A stretch of DNA of 64,000 nucleotides, from the NCBI GenBank assembly GCA_037447435.1, contig JBBIGR010000014.1, positions 16,318 through 80,317 on the forward strand, given 5' to 3'. Made by a program: the position numbers and the translations under genes. Of this stretch, positions 29,264-38,489 are shown piece by piece (the stretch's first letter is position 1; the number at the start of each line of letters is the position of its first letter). Origin of the DNA: Fibrobacteria bacterium (GTDB taxonomy: Bacteria > Fibrobacterota > Chitinivibrionia > Chitinivibrionales > FEN-1185). The notes beneath the pieces were generated by a model. It had not been told where the DNA came from and did not search any database. It saw nothing but the letters and a program-made list of their open reading frames with translations.

Positions 29264-29731
29264 TTATCGGAATCTGTCCTTTCCGACTATTCTTTCAATT
29301 GTTTCAAAATCGACATTCTCCGCAATTTCTTTGGAAAACGATCGATCGAATACTATGCTTTTATCAAAAGGGTTGGTTGCATCAAGAATGTACACGGGTG
29401 TCGGATTATCCAGGTAGGCGAAAATCGTCGCATCTTCAAACGACATGCTTTTCGCAACCCTCGACTGTTTAACCGACGCTTTATCGATCCAGCCGATATT
29501 TCCCTTTAAATCGCTTACCTTGAGCATTTCACCTTTGGCATCCATTACAAGCAGCCAATCATTCTCACTGACGGTAAAGACTGGTTCCTCTGCGGATATT
29601 TTGGGATTATTCAAAAAAGCCGGAACATTGTTTTGAATCGGAACGACATATTTACCCTGATTAACAGCAGCGCTGAAAACAATGTTGAGACTTGCAAGAA
29701 TTATTAAGGCGCTATAAATCGATATTCGCAT
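29264..29731 (-). CDS. secreted hypothetical protein
   Basis: ATG at 29731 is preceded by AAGGAGGA. Signal peptide MRISIYSALIILASLNIVFSAAV. 155 aa with no recognisable domain. Confidence 0.5.
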   Translation of the reverse strand: MRISIYSALIILASLNIVFSAAVNQGKYVVPIQNNVPAFLNNPKISAEEPVFTVSENDWLLVMDAKGEMLKVSDLKGNIGWIDKASVKQSRVAKSMSFEDATIFAYLDNPTPVYILDATNPFDKSIVFDRSFSKEIAENVDFETIERIVGKDRFR

Positions 29732-29892
29732 GATACATCCTCCTTTCCGCAAAATCCTACGTCTTGTATTGGTTATTACGGAACCGGACCTGTTGATATT
29801 TCGTTTTCCGGGTTTGGGGATGGAAGGGCTCGAAGAGGAAACGACAAAGTTTTTTTAAACGATCTCAATATTATATTTGAGCAACAAATTCA

Positions 29893-30405
29893 TCACATCG
29901 GGTAATGAAAATTTTGCTCCTTTATTTTTTTTTTTTCAAGATCGACGAAATACCTCTTGGCAGTGGTGAAATCGGCTTTTTCGATATTCGACTTTTCAAA
30001 AAGCGTCTTATAAAGATCGCATTCCCGGAATACGACCGATTTTAGATTGGATTCTATAAAACAGGCCTCTTTGACCGAACATTTTTCGAATTTCGTATTC
30101 AACAAATTGTTTTTTTCAAATATCGCATAATCAAGAATGCAGCTCAAAAACGATACCCCGAATGCGAGTTGATTTATCTTGCCGAAATTTACACCCGAAA
30201 GCTTGCAATTTTCAAACGAGACATTATCGAATGTCCAATCGTCGCTTTTCATAAGCGTGCAATTACAATTGTAAAACTCACAATCGTGGAACTCCAGAAT
30301 TTCGGTTTGTTCCTTGGAAAAATCGCATCCTTCGAACCTTGTATTGTAGAATTCAGACTCCGACATGCAAGATTCGAGCGAAGTAAATACGGCTTCAACT
30401 TTCAT
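29893..30405 (-). CDS. pentapeptide repeat protein
   Basis: Contiguous A[DN]LxX-type pentapeptide repeats run through most of the 170 aa (e.g. FEGCDFSKEQ, FHDCEFYNCN, FENCKLSGVN, FEKCSVKEAC, FRECDLYKTL). The 3' end of the CDS contains A3TA12 in the mRNA. Confidence 0.75.
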   Translation of the reverse strand: MKVEAVFTSLESCMSESEFYNTRFEGCDFSKEQTEILEFHDCEFYNCNCTLMKSDDWTFDNVSFENCKLSGVNFGKINQLAFGVSFLSCILDYAIFEKNNLLNTKFEKCSVKEACFIESNLKSVVFRECDLYKTLFEKSNIEKADFTTAKRYFVDLEKKKIKEQNFHYPM

Positions 30406-30503
30406 TAATCATCCTTTAATTCGATCTTCGTAAAATTTTCGCTATTTTTTTAAATATAAATGATTCGTTTATAATTTTTTAGTATCGTAATGAACGTTTT
30501 TGA

Positions 30504-30570
30504 AATTGATTTATATATTAAAATCAATTCGCAAATTACTAATGATAAATATATTATATTAATCATTAGT
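30504..30570. promoter_or_regulatory. two perfect palindromes in the divergent promoter region upstream of nfeD-flotillin
   Basis: The first is AATTGATTT-N8-AAATCAATT (30504-30529). The second is ACTAATGAT-N15-ATCATTAGT (30538-30570). Both have 9-bp perfect arms and sit 65-130 nt upstream of the NfeD start. Confidence 0.4.
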
Positions 30571-30634
30571 TAGTTTACACAAGAAGACCCGACTTACGAG
30601 TCGATTTCTCTTTGATTGCCACAAAGGAGGAAAC

Positions 30635-31210
30635 ATGGATCATACGTGGTGGGGTTCCCTTAGTCCTGTGCAGCATTTATACTGGATAATCGCTATTCCA
30701 GCTACCGTAATACTTTTCGTACAGTTGATTTTAGCCTTCATTTCCGGATTTGAATTCCATATGGGCAGTGATTTGGGCGCTCATCATGCTGGCGATGTGG
30801 GCGCGCCTCATTTTCAACTTTTAACGCTTCGGAATGTGGTTGCTTTTTTTTCTGTTTTCGGATGGACCGGCTTGGCGTTAAAGCATGCAGGGGTATCAAA
30901 CCTTTTTACGATTCTTATATCATTTAGTTCTGGTCTATTGATGATGATTATCATGACTTCCATGTTTGTCGGATTATCGAAGTTACAAAGTGACGGGACA
31001 ATAATGATTTCAGGAGCGAAAGGCCTTTCTGCGCAAATATATCTCACAGTGCCCTCCAATAGGACTGGATTTGGGAAAATAGAGGTCGTACTCCAGGGAA
31101 GGAAAATTGAATTGGATGCCTTAACAGATGATCTTGTAGATATTCCTACCGGTTCAAACGTGAAAATCTTAGATATAATTAATAATCAAGCAATTGTTGA
31201 AAGGATATAA
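30635..31210 (+). CDS. NfeD-like membrane protein (flotillin-associated)
   Basis: RBS AAAGGAGGAAAC. N-terminal TM helices are followed by a soluble C-terminal beta-rich domain. It sits immediately upstream of, and overlaps by 17 nt, a flotillin gene, which is the canonical NfeD-SPFH pairing. Confidence 0.65.
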   Translation: MDHTWWGSLSPVQHLYWIIAIPATVILFVQLILAFISGFEFHMGSDLGAHHAGDVGAPHFQLLTLRNVVAFFSVFGWTGLALKHAGVSNLFTILISFSSGLLMMIIMTSMFVGLSKLQSDGTIMISGAKGLSAQIYLTVPSNRTGFGKIEVVLQGRKIELDALTDDLVDIPTGSNVKILDIINNQAIVERI

Positions 31211-32786
31211 AACCATGTATGTTTTAGCCGCCGTAGCCGTCGCTACTCTTGTAATCGTTATCATGCTTATCAGCGTTCTGTCAAGATATAAACGATGTCC
31301 TTCGGACAAGGTACTGGTAATTTTTGGAAAAGTCGCAAAGGGTCAAACTGCGCGCTGTGTTCATGGTGGCGCGGCATTTGTTTGGCCGATCATCCAAGAT
31401 TACAAGATGTTAAACCTTACTCCAATCCAAATCGATATTCCGCTCGATAATGCGCTCTCACGACAAAACATTCGTGTTTCTGTTCCGGCAGTTTTTACAA
31501 TCGGTGTATCCACAAAGCCTGAAATCATGATTTCGGCAGCCGAACGACTCTTGGGTTTATTGCCCCAAGACATTTCCAAGCTTGCAGAAGAAATCATCAT
31601 TGGACAAATGCGACTTGTTGTGGCGCAAATGGATATTGAAGAAATCAATTCCAATCGTGATAAATTTCTAGATGGAATTTATAAAAACGTTGAAACAGAA
31701 CTTGAAAAAGTAGGATTGCGTTTAATTAATGTTAATATAAAAGATATTAAAGATGCCTCCGGCTACCTTGAAGCATTAGGAAAAAACGCTGCTGCGGAAG
31801 CGTTAAACAATGCAAAGAAAGCAGTCGCAGAAAAGGACCGGGATGGCGCAATCGGCCAAGCTGATGCGGTAAAAGAACAAACGATTAAAGTGGCTGAAGC
31901 AACTGCTGCGGCCGAATCGGGCAAAGCCGATGCTGACCGCCTCATGCGCGTAAACATTGCTTCTGCAAATGCAACTGCCGTTGAAGGAGAAAATAAGGCA
32001 ACCGTTACAATTGCCAATTCATCGGCTTCTGCGGAATCGGGTAAGGCAGATGCGCAACGATTCATGCGAGTAAATATCGCCAATGCCAATGCCACTGCCG
32101 TACAGGGTGAAAACCTTGCTGCAGTGACTATTGCAAACTCAACTTCGGAAATGCGCCAGAAAAAAGCAGAAGCAGAAAGAGCTGCTCTTGCAGCGGAAAA
32201 AGTTCGATCTGCGCAAGCATTGGAAGAAGCCTATAAGGCGGAACAATTGGCTGAAACCGCCCGAGCAGAACGCGAACGAGCTACAAAAACCGCTAATGAA
32301 GTAGTCAATGCCGAAATCGAGCGTCAAAAGATTCTCATCGCAGCTGAGGCTGAGAAAGCGAAACTCATCAAAGAAGCTGAAGGAGAAGGAGAAGCAATTT
32401 TCGCCAAAATGAATGGCCAGGCACGCGGCATCATGGAAATACTCACAAAGCAAGCTGAGGGACTTGAAAAGATTGTAAAGGCGGCGGGTGGAAACCCCGA
32501 CAAAGCTGCGACATTACTCATCATAGACAAACTGCCTGAATTGGTCAAGACACAGGTAGAGGCAATCAAGGGTATTAAAATTGACAAAGTTACTGTTTGG
32601 GATTCTGGATCCAAAGATGGAGGTCCAAATTCAACAGCAAGTTTTTTTCAAGGGTTAATGAAATCGGTTCCCCCTTTGAATGACATATTTCAACAAGCTG
32701 GCATGGTTTTGCCTGAAATTTTGGGAAAGCCTTCCAATTCCAAACCGAAACCTGAACCAAAGGAAACGGAACCGTCTGAACAATAA
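31194..32786 (+). CDS. flotillin-like SPFH/band-7 domain protein
   Basis: An N-terminal TM helix and an SPFH domain are present. A long Ala/Glu-rich coiled coil follows, with EA repeats (AEAERAALAAEKVRSAQALEEAYKAEQLAE). Size is 530 aa. Confidence 0.85.
   Translation: MLKGYKTMYVLAAVAVATLVIVIMLISVLSRYKRCPSDKVLVIFGKVAKGQTARCVHGGAAFVWPIIQDYKMLNLTPIQIDIPLDNALSRQNIRVSVPAVFTIGVSTKPEIMISAAERLLGLLPQDISKLAEEIIIGQMRLVVAQMDIEEINSNRDKFLDGIYKNVETELEKVGLRLINVNIKDIKDASGYLEALGKNAAAEALNNAKKAVAEKDRDGAIGQADAVKEQTIKVAEATAAAESGKADADRLMRVNIASANATAVEGENKATVTIANSSASAESGKADAQRFMRVNIANANATAVQGENLAAVTIANSTSEMRQKKAEAERAALAAEKVRSAQALEEAYKAEQLAETARAERERATKTANEVVNAEIERQKILIAAEAEKAKLIKEAEGEGEAIFAKMNGQARGIMEILTKQAEGLEKIVKAAGGNPDKAATLLIIDKLPELVKTQVEAIKGIKIDKVTVWDSGSKDGGPNSTASFFQGLMKSVPPLNDIFQQAGMVLPEILGKPSNSKPKPEPKETEPSEQ
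31911..32150 (+). repeat. 120-bp imperfect tandem duplication inside the flotillin CDS
   Basis: Unit 1 is 31911-32030 and unit 2 is 32031-32150. They encode AESGKADADRLMRVNIASANATAVEGENKATVTIANSSAS and AESGKADAQRFMRVNIANANATAVQGENLAAVTIANSTSE. Confidence 0.7.
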
Positions 32787-32819
32787 CTACGGTATAATTC
32801 TGGATAATAGGACAATGGC

Positions 32820-33539
32820 ATGATGAAAACTACTATGAATTCGTTTTCCGGATTTTCGAGAAAAACTCTTACGTTCCTTTCGCAAAACCATCGGAAAAAC
32901 AGTAAATCCTGGTTTGAAGCTCATCGGGACGACTATCAAAACTTTGTTCTAACCCCATTTCGGGCTCTATCGGATTCGTTGGCAATGATCGTTGGCCAGA
33001 TAGACGAGGAAATTGAAACCCGATCACAACGCACCGTGTCCCGGATTTACCGGGATACCCGTTTTTCTAAAGACAAATCGCTGTACAAAAAAGCTCTCTG
33101 GATAACATTTAAAAGATCAATAGACGATTGGCCGGATTTTCCGGCTTTCTTTTTTGAACTATCGCCGACATCGTATTGTTTTGGAATGGGGTTTTACGCA
33201 GCCTCGCGAGACACAATGGATAAAATCCGCACCTTACTCGAAAAAAAGCCGAAAATCATTCTCACGCAATTATCGGCCTTGAAAAAACTTCATGGGTTCG
33301 AATTAGAGGGTGATGAATACAAACGGATAATAAACCCTGCAATACCCGGCGGCATCATGTCTTTATATCAAAAGAAAAACATTTATCTGATCAAAAACAG
33401 CACAATCAATGAAAACGTTTTTTCGGAATCGTTATTGTCAGAAATAGGTAACGGTTTCGGCGCATTAGGATCCTTATACCACCTATTTGCAGATCTTCAT
33501 TCAAAAGACATCGATAAAATTATTATCGCCGACAGTTAA
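32820..33539 (+). CDS. DUF2461 / TIGR02453-family conserved hypothetical protein
   Basis: ..SWFEAHRDDYQNFVLTPF...RIYRDTRFSKDKSLYKK.LW matches the conserved core of the TIGR02453 family. Confidence 0.65.
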   Translation: MMKTTMNSFSGFSRKTLTFLSQNHRKNSKSWFEAHRDDYQNFVLTPFRALSDSLAMIVGQIDEEIETRSQRTVSRIYRDTRFSKDKSLYKKALWITFKRSIDDWPDFPAFFFELSPTSYCFGMGFYAASRDTMDKIRTLLEKKPKIILTQLSALKKLHGFELEGDEYKRIINPAIPGGIMSLYQKKNIYLIKNSTINENVFSESLLSEIGNGFGALGSLYHLFADLHSKDIDKIIIADS

Positions 33540-33571
33540 ACCAGGCTAACCGCCAAAAAAACCAAAGTAAA

Positions 33572-33600
33572 GACGGGCATTTAAATAAACGCCCGTTTTT
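33572..33600. terminator. rho-independent terminator (bidirectional) after DUF2461 gene
   Basis: GACGGGC-atttaaataaac-GCCCGTTTTTAC has a stem followed by a T-run. The TPR gene converges on it from the minus strand. Confidence 0.7.
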
Positions 33601-33628
33601 ACTTTTCAAGAACCAGTTGCGATACACA

Positions 33629-36469
33629 TCATTTCGAATTAACAAAAGATACTACCGCATCGTCTTTTCCGCCGAATTTCACATACTTCTTGTAAAAATC
33701 TTTTGCCTTATCCTGATTCTTAAGATCGTAAAAGTAAATATCGCCGATGTCCTTATAGGCAATAAAGAATTTCTTTTCGTCGTCCCGACCCCGAACGGAC
33801 TTTTTGTACGCATCGATGGCGTCTTCGAATTTGAGCACAAGCTTAAGTTCGCGGGCAAGCCCATACGCCAATGACGCGCTCTTCGGATACACTTCAAGTC
33901 CGCGTTTAAAAGCGGATATTGCCTGGTCATGAAGTTGCTGCATGCTCAATACCCTGCCTAAAAGTCCAAACACTTCGGGTTGGCGAGGTGCTTTGCGCGC
34001 AACTTCTGCGTATAATTCGAATGCTGCCTGGTATTGAGATATCCCTTCATACGCTTTGCCCATTCCAAGGATAAAATCGACATTATGGGGTGAAGAGCCA
34101 AGGGCACGGCCAAAACTTTCAATCGCCTTGTCATATTGCTTTTTTGAGAGATTTACTCTTCCTGCACCTGCATGGGCAAGCGAATTTTCGGGCATGAGCG
34201 TGGAGGCAACGGTAAACGAAATGATTGCTTCATCCTGCCGATCTTCCAGTTCCGCAATTTCACCGTTCATCAGGTGTGCCCATCCGCTCTTTTTGTTTGA
34301 TGCATATTGAGAATACATGGTTTTTGCCTTATCCTTCATCCCCATGCGCAAGTACACGGAACAAAGACGATATACCAATTCCTCGTTTTTGGAATTACCT
34401 GAAAAAACTTTTTCATAAATCATGGCGGCCCGTTCGTAATCGCCGAGCAAAAACAACGCTTTTCCCAAACCTATCGCGGCTGGCTCGCTAAACGTGCCGA
34501 AAGCAAGGGACTGATTGTAGAATTTAACGGCCAAATCATATTCTCCGTTGTCTAAATAAATATCGGCAAGATATTTATAACAAGAAGCACAGGACTTGCT
34601 CTTGACAATTGCCTTCAGAAGCAAGTCTTTGGCGGTTTCAAAATCGCCCGCCTCTTTATATAAAATCCCTGCCCATTGAATTATTTCGAACGACGAAGAA
34701 TCGCGGGACAAAGCGCGCTTTATGTAATCGAATGCGACATCGCGTCGCCCAATGGAATTGGCCACCTGCGCAAATTGGACCAAAAAGACGGTATTAAAAG
34801 GATCAAGGCGCGCGGCGACTCCAAGATGTTCGTACGCGCTGTCTTTGTCTCCTATCGATAGCAGCAACTTGCCATATTCATATCTGCAATTTGCGTTTTG
34901 CGGATCAATGCCGATCGACTGAGACAAAAGCGGCTTTGCAGTTGCGATTTGCTTCTTCGCGGCATATAATTTTCCGAATTCATAGAGTATTTCCGCATTA
35001 CCCGATTCCAGTGAATAGGCTTTTCGCAGCTGTAAAAACCGCCCGTTATCGTTCCCGTTCTTTTCGTAAGCCCTCGCAAGTAACAGATGCGACATCGCAA
35101 CGGTGCTGTCGAGATTATTGACGTTTTCCAGCACGGCAATCGCGTCGCGCCATTTTTGATCGGCCAGGTAAATTTGGGCTAAATCTATTTGCGCTTTGAC
35201 ATTTCTCGGATCCGCTATTGTCCATTCCTTGATAACGCTCAGCAGTTTCTTGCTGTCGTTTTCTATGCTGTAACATGACGCAAGCAATGAAAGAATACGA
35301 ACATTTCCTTTCATTTGGGCACGGCATTTTTCCAACGATTCAATAGCCTCCTTTGGTTGATTGTTTTTAATCAGGCATTCACCGAGCAATGAAAGGCATT
35401 CGAAATTTTTAGGCATCATTTCAATTGATTTCTGCAAAACGACGACAGCGTCATTAAAGTGCTCTTGGGAGTAATACACGCTACCCAATTCACACCACGC
35501 AGCGGAATCGGTCGGCATTTTCTCCAGATATTTTTTGTATTGGTTTACCGCGGCAACCCTGTTGGCCTGAGCGGCAAGGCATTGACCGAGCATTTTCGAC
35601 ATTATGGGTTTTGCATCGGGAAGCAAGAGAGCTTTATCGAGCAAAACTTCGGCCTTGTGCCAGTTGCGTTCTGCAATGTAAATACCGGCCAAACGTTCGA
35701 AATTCCGGATATCGTTCGGATAATCGCTGATGTTCTTTTCAAAAGCCCGTATCGCCTTTTGCGTTTGAGACGATAATTCGAAGAGTTTTGCATAATTATA
35801 GAGATACTCCTGCTTTTTCGCCGAGGTCGCCATAGTCATGAGCTTGTCATATGCGGCAATCGCCTTTTTATAATCCCCCATTTTTTCACTTGCAAATGCA
35901 GCCAGTTCCAACGCTCTACGGTTTTTCGCGAACTTCGCATCCGAATAGAGCGCAAGAACTTCATCGTAAGCGCCAAGCGCATTTTGGGATTCCATCACCA
36001 TGAGGGTCAATCCGTCCTGAGCAGCTAAAAGATTCGATATATTTTGAGCAAGTTCAGCCACTTTGGCATGATTTTTTTTAGCGGAATAAGCAGCTATCAT
36101 TTTTGCGATGATTTGCGGCGAGGGATGTTGCTTCGTGCAATAGAGCTCGAACGCTGCAATGGCTTTGTCGGTACATACCGAGCGCATAAACCCTTCCCCG
36201 GCCTTAATAAGCCAATCCTTATTCGAATCATTATCCAATTCATATAATTTCATACATGTTTCAGCTGCGATGCTGTCTTGGCCGGCCTTGAACTGATCTT
36301 GTGCGGTGCGAATCATATCGGTACTTAATTTTGTAACCGTTGATTGCATTGTCGGATTTGCCGAAGCATTATCCTGGGTGTCAAACTTTATATGTGTTTT
36401 ACCATAGCTGGGTATCGCAAACCCGATTGCAGCGCAGATGATGATGGTTTTCAGTTTTGTGTTTTTCAT
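33629..36469 (-). CDS. large secreted tetratricopeptide-repeat protein
   Basis: ATG at 36469 is preceded by GAGGAGG. Signal peptide MKNTKLKTIIICAAIGFAIPSYG. About 25 TPR units with the repeated W-LG-Y / A-F-A-P-N pattern. Size is 946 aa. Confidence 0.85.
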   Translation of the reverse strand: MKNTKLKTIIICAAIGFAIPSYGKTHIKFDTQDNASANPTMQSTVTKLSTDMIRTAQDQFKAGQDSIAAETCMKLYELDNDSNKDWLIKAGEGFMRSVCTDKAIAAFELYCTKQHPSPQIIAKMIAAYSAKKNHAKVAELAQNISNLLAAQDGLTLMVMESQNALGAYDEVLALYSDAKFAKNRRALELAAFASEKMGDYKKAIAAYDKLMTMATSAKKQEYLYNYAKLFELSSQTQKAIRAFEKNISDYPNDIRNFERLAGIYIAERNWHKAEVLLDKALLLPDAKPIMSKMLGQCLAAQANRVAAVNQYKKYLEKMPTDSAAWCELGSVYYSQEHFNDAVVVLQKSIEMMPKNFECLSLLGECLIKNNQPKEAIESLEKCRAQMKGNVRILSLLASCYSIENDSKKLLSVIKEWTIADPRNVKAQIDLAQIYLADQKWRDAIAVLENVNNLDSTVAMSHLLLARAYEKNGNDNGRFLQLRKAYSLESGNAEILYEFGKLYAAKKQIATAKPLLSQSIGIDPQNANCRYEYGKLLLSIGDKDSAYEHLGVAARLDPFNTVFLVQFAQVANSIGRRDVAFDYIKRALSRDSSSFEIIQWAGILYKEAGDFETAKDLLLKAIVKSKSCASCYKYLADIYLDNGEYDLAVKFYNQSLAFGTFSEPAAIGLGKALFLLGDYERAAMIYEKVFSGNSKNEELVYRLCSVYLRMGMKDKAKTMYSQYASNKKSGWAHLMNGEIAELEDRQDEAIISFTVASTLMPENSLAHAGAGRVNLSKKQYDKAIESFGRALGSSPHNVDFILGMGKAYEGISQYQAAFELYAEVARKAPRQPEVFGLLGRVLSMQQLHDQAISAFKRGLEVYPKSASLAYGLARELKLVLKFEDAIDAYKKSVRGRDDEKKFFIAYKDIGDIYFYDLKNQDKAKDFYKKYVKFGGKDDAVVSFVNSK

Positions 36470-36704
36470 ACTTTCCTCCTCTTGCTTCGTCTGTATTTTT
36501 ATTGCTACGTTTTTGTTAAGCGCGTAAATATTAGGGCACAACTCGCCCTTTGATTATTAAAATTGCTCCCTCATTTTATCTGTTCTTGCCCTCGGTAACC
36601 CAATAAAGCATTTTAAAGGCAAGACTATTTCCACCCTTATTATATCATCCACTTTTAAAGAGTACAATAGTTTTTTAATCTTTTTTTTAGGATTAGTAGA
36701 GGCG

Positions 36705-38471
36705 ATGAAAAATAGCGAATCTGTTAATTACTATAATACGGCACAAATACTTAAAAATAATGGTGACTTTTCAAGTGCATTGGAAGCTTTGGAATCTGCA
36801 TTAAGAATCAGCCCTGATTTTTTTGAAGCAAGGGTAAATTGTTCCGAAGCGAACAGAATTTTGGGAAATACCGCTCAAGCCATTGAAAATATGAACGTTG
36901 CGCTGACATTAAAACCAGATTTTTTTGAGGGCCACAATGCTATCGGGCTTTTATACCATAGTATTTCTTCATTCGACCATGCCATAGGCCACTTTAAAAA
37001 GGCCGTTTCTATTAATCCGGAATTTGCCGAGGCATTTTATAACTTGGGCAATTGCCATAGAGATACTGAAAATTTTGATGAATCCATAGCAGGTTTTAAA
37101 GCTGCAATTGCATTAAATCCGCATTTTTTCCAGGCGATCGCAAATTGCGGCGAGGCGATGCAAATTACGGGGATGATTGACCAAGCAGAGGAATATTTTA
37201 AAAAAGCGCTCGATATTAATCCGTCAAGCGACATCGTCATCAGCAATTTGTTGTTGACCCAGAACTATAATCCGGGCTATTCCCAACTTCAACTGTTTGA
37301 AAACCATAAAAAGTATGCAGCCTTGATTGCACACCGCAATGATAAATTTCCACCCATTTTAAAAAAAATGTGCACGGCGGATAAAAAATTACGTATCGGA
37401 TATGTTTCCGGCGACTTTAGAAACCACCCGGCTTCATATTTTCTAACACCGTTATTTTCATATTGTAATCATGAGGATTTCCGGATTTATTGCTATAGTA
37501 ACACACAGGTTCCCGACGCCAAAACCGTTTTTTTCAGGGATCGTTCCGATTCATGGAACTCGATTCGCGACATGACGGATCGGGAAGCTGCGGAAAAAAT
37601 CCGGAAAGACGGGATAGACATTCTCGTTGATTTATGCGGACATAGCGCCGACAACAGGCTGGGGATTTTCTGTTTTAAACCCAGCCCCGTCCAAGTTACC
37701 TACCTTGGATACCCGAATTCGACCGGTCTTACGGTTATGGATTATAGATTGACAGACAACATTTGCGATCCGGAGGGCCAGCAATCTTTTTATACAGAAG
37801 CCCTGCGGTATTTGCCGCACTGTTTTTGTAACTATGCGCCGCAGGAAAGGATACAAGCGTCCAGCGAACCGCCGGTAAAGAGAAACAATTTCATTACCTT
37901 TGGATCCACCCATACGCTGGCACGACTGAACAATCAGGTACTTGACCTTTGGGCAAATATTTTGGAGCGTATCCCTTCTTCACGATTGCGTATTGTGCGC
38001 AATACTTTGAAAGGAAATGCGGCCAAACGCATTAGGGATCGCTTCATAGGTCAGGGAATAACTGCGGATAGAATTTCCCTGGTGCACGACATACCTCCTA
38101 ACGCTCACCTTGATATTTATACTGAAATCGATGTTTTATTGGATACGTTTCCCTGGAGCGGCCACACGTCGGCCTGCGAGGCGCTTTTTATGGGTGTTCC
38201 TGTAATTTCATTGCACGGCGAAAGGTATGCAGGAAACATGGTCAATAGCGTCCTATCGAACATCGGCCTTCCGGAATATATCGCGCAGTCGAAGGAGGAA
38301 TATATTCTCAAAGCCGAACGCGCAGCAACGGATAGTTCCTCGCTCATCGATCTGCGATCGACATTGCGAAGAAAAATGCTCGAAAGCCCTTTATGCGATT
38401 CTAAAACCTTTGTAAAGAATATCGAATCCGCTTATCGAAGTATGTGGGAAGCCTACTGCAATGCACTATAG
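36705..38471 (+). CDS. TPR-repeat protein fused to GT41 (O-GlcNAc-transferase-like) glycosyltransferase domain
   Basis: The N-terminus has about 6 TPRs. The C-terminal RIGYVSGDFRNHPASYFLTPLF...DILVDLCGHS...LGYPNSTG...DT.PWSGHTSA.EAL.MGVPV is the conserved OGT/SPINDLY-type catalytic domain. Confidence 0.8.
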   Translation: MKNSESVNYYNTAQILKNNGDFSSALEALESALRISPDFFEARVNCSEANRILGNTAQAIENMNVALTLKPDFFEGHNAIGLLYHSISSFDHAIGHFKKAVSINPEFAEAFYNLGNCHRDTENFDESIAGFKAAIALNPHFFQAIANCGEAMQITGMIDQAEEYFKKALDINPSSDIVISNLLLTQNYNPGYSQLQLFENHKKYAALIAHRNDKFPPILKKMCTADKKLRIGYVSGDFRNHPASYFLTPLFSYCNHEDFRIYCYSNTQVPDAKTVFFRDRSDSWNSIRDMTDREAAEKIRKDGIDILVDLCGHSADNRLGIFCFKPSPVQVTYLGYPNSTGLTVMDYRLTDNICDPEGQQSFYTEALRYLPHCFCNYAPQERIQASSEPPVKRNNFITFGSTHTLARLNNQVLDLWANILERIPSSRLRIVRNTLKGNAAKRIRDRFIGQGITADRISLVHDIPPNAHLDIYTEIDVLLDTFPWSGHTSACEALFMGVPVISLHGERYAGNMVNSVLSNIGLPEYIAQSKEEYILKAERAATDSSSLIDLRSTLRRKMLESPLCDSKTFVKNIESAYRSMWEAYCNAL

Positions 38472-38489
38472 GTTACGATTTTGCCAAGT

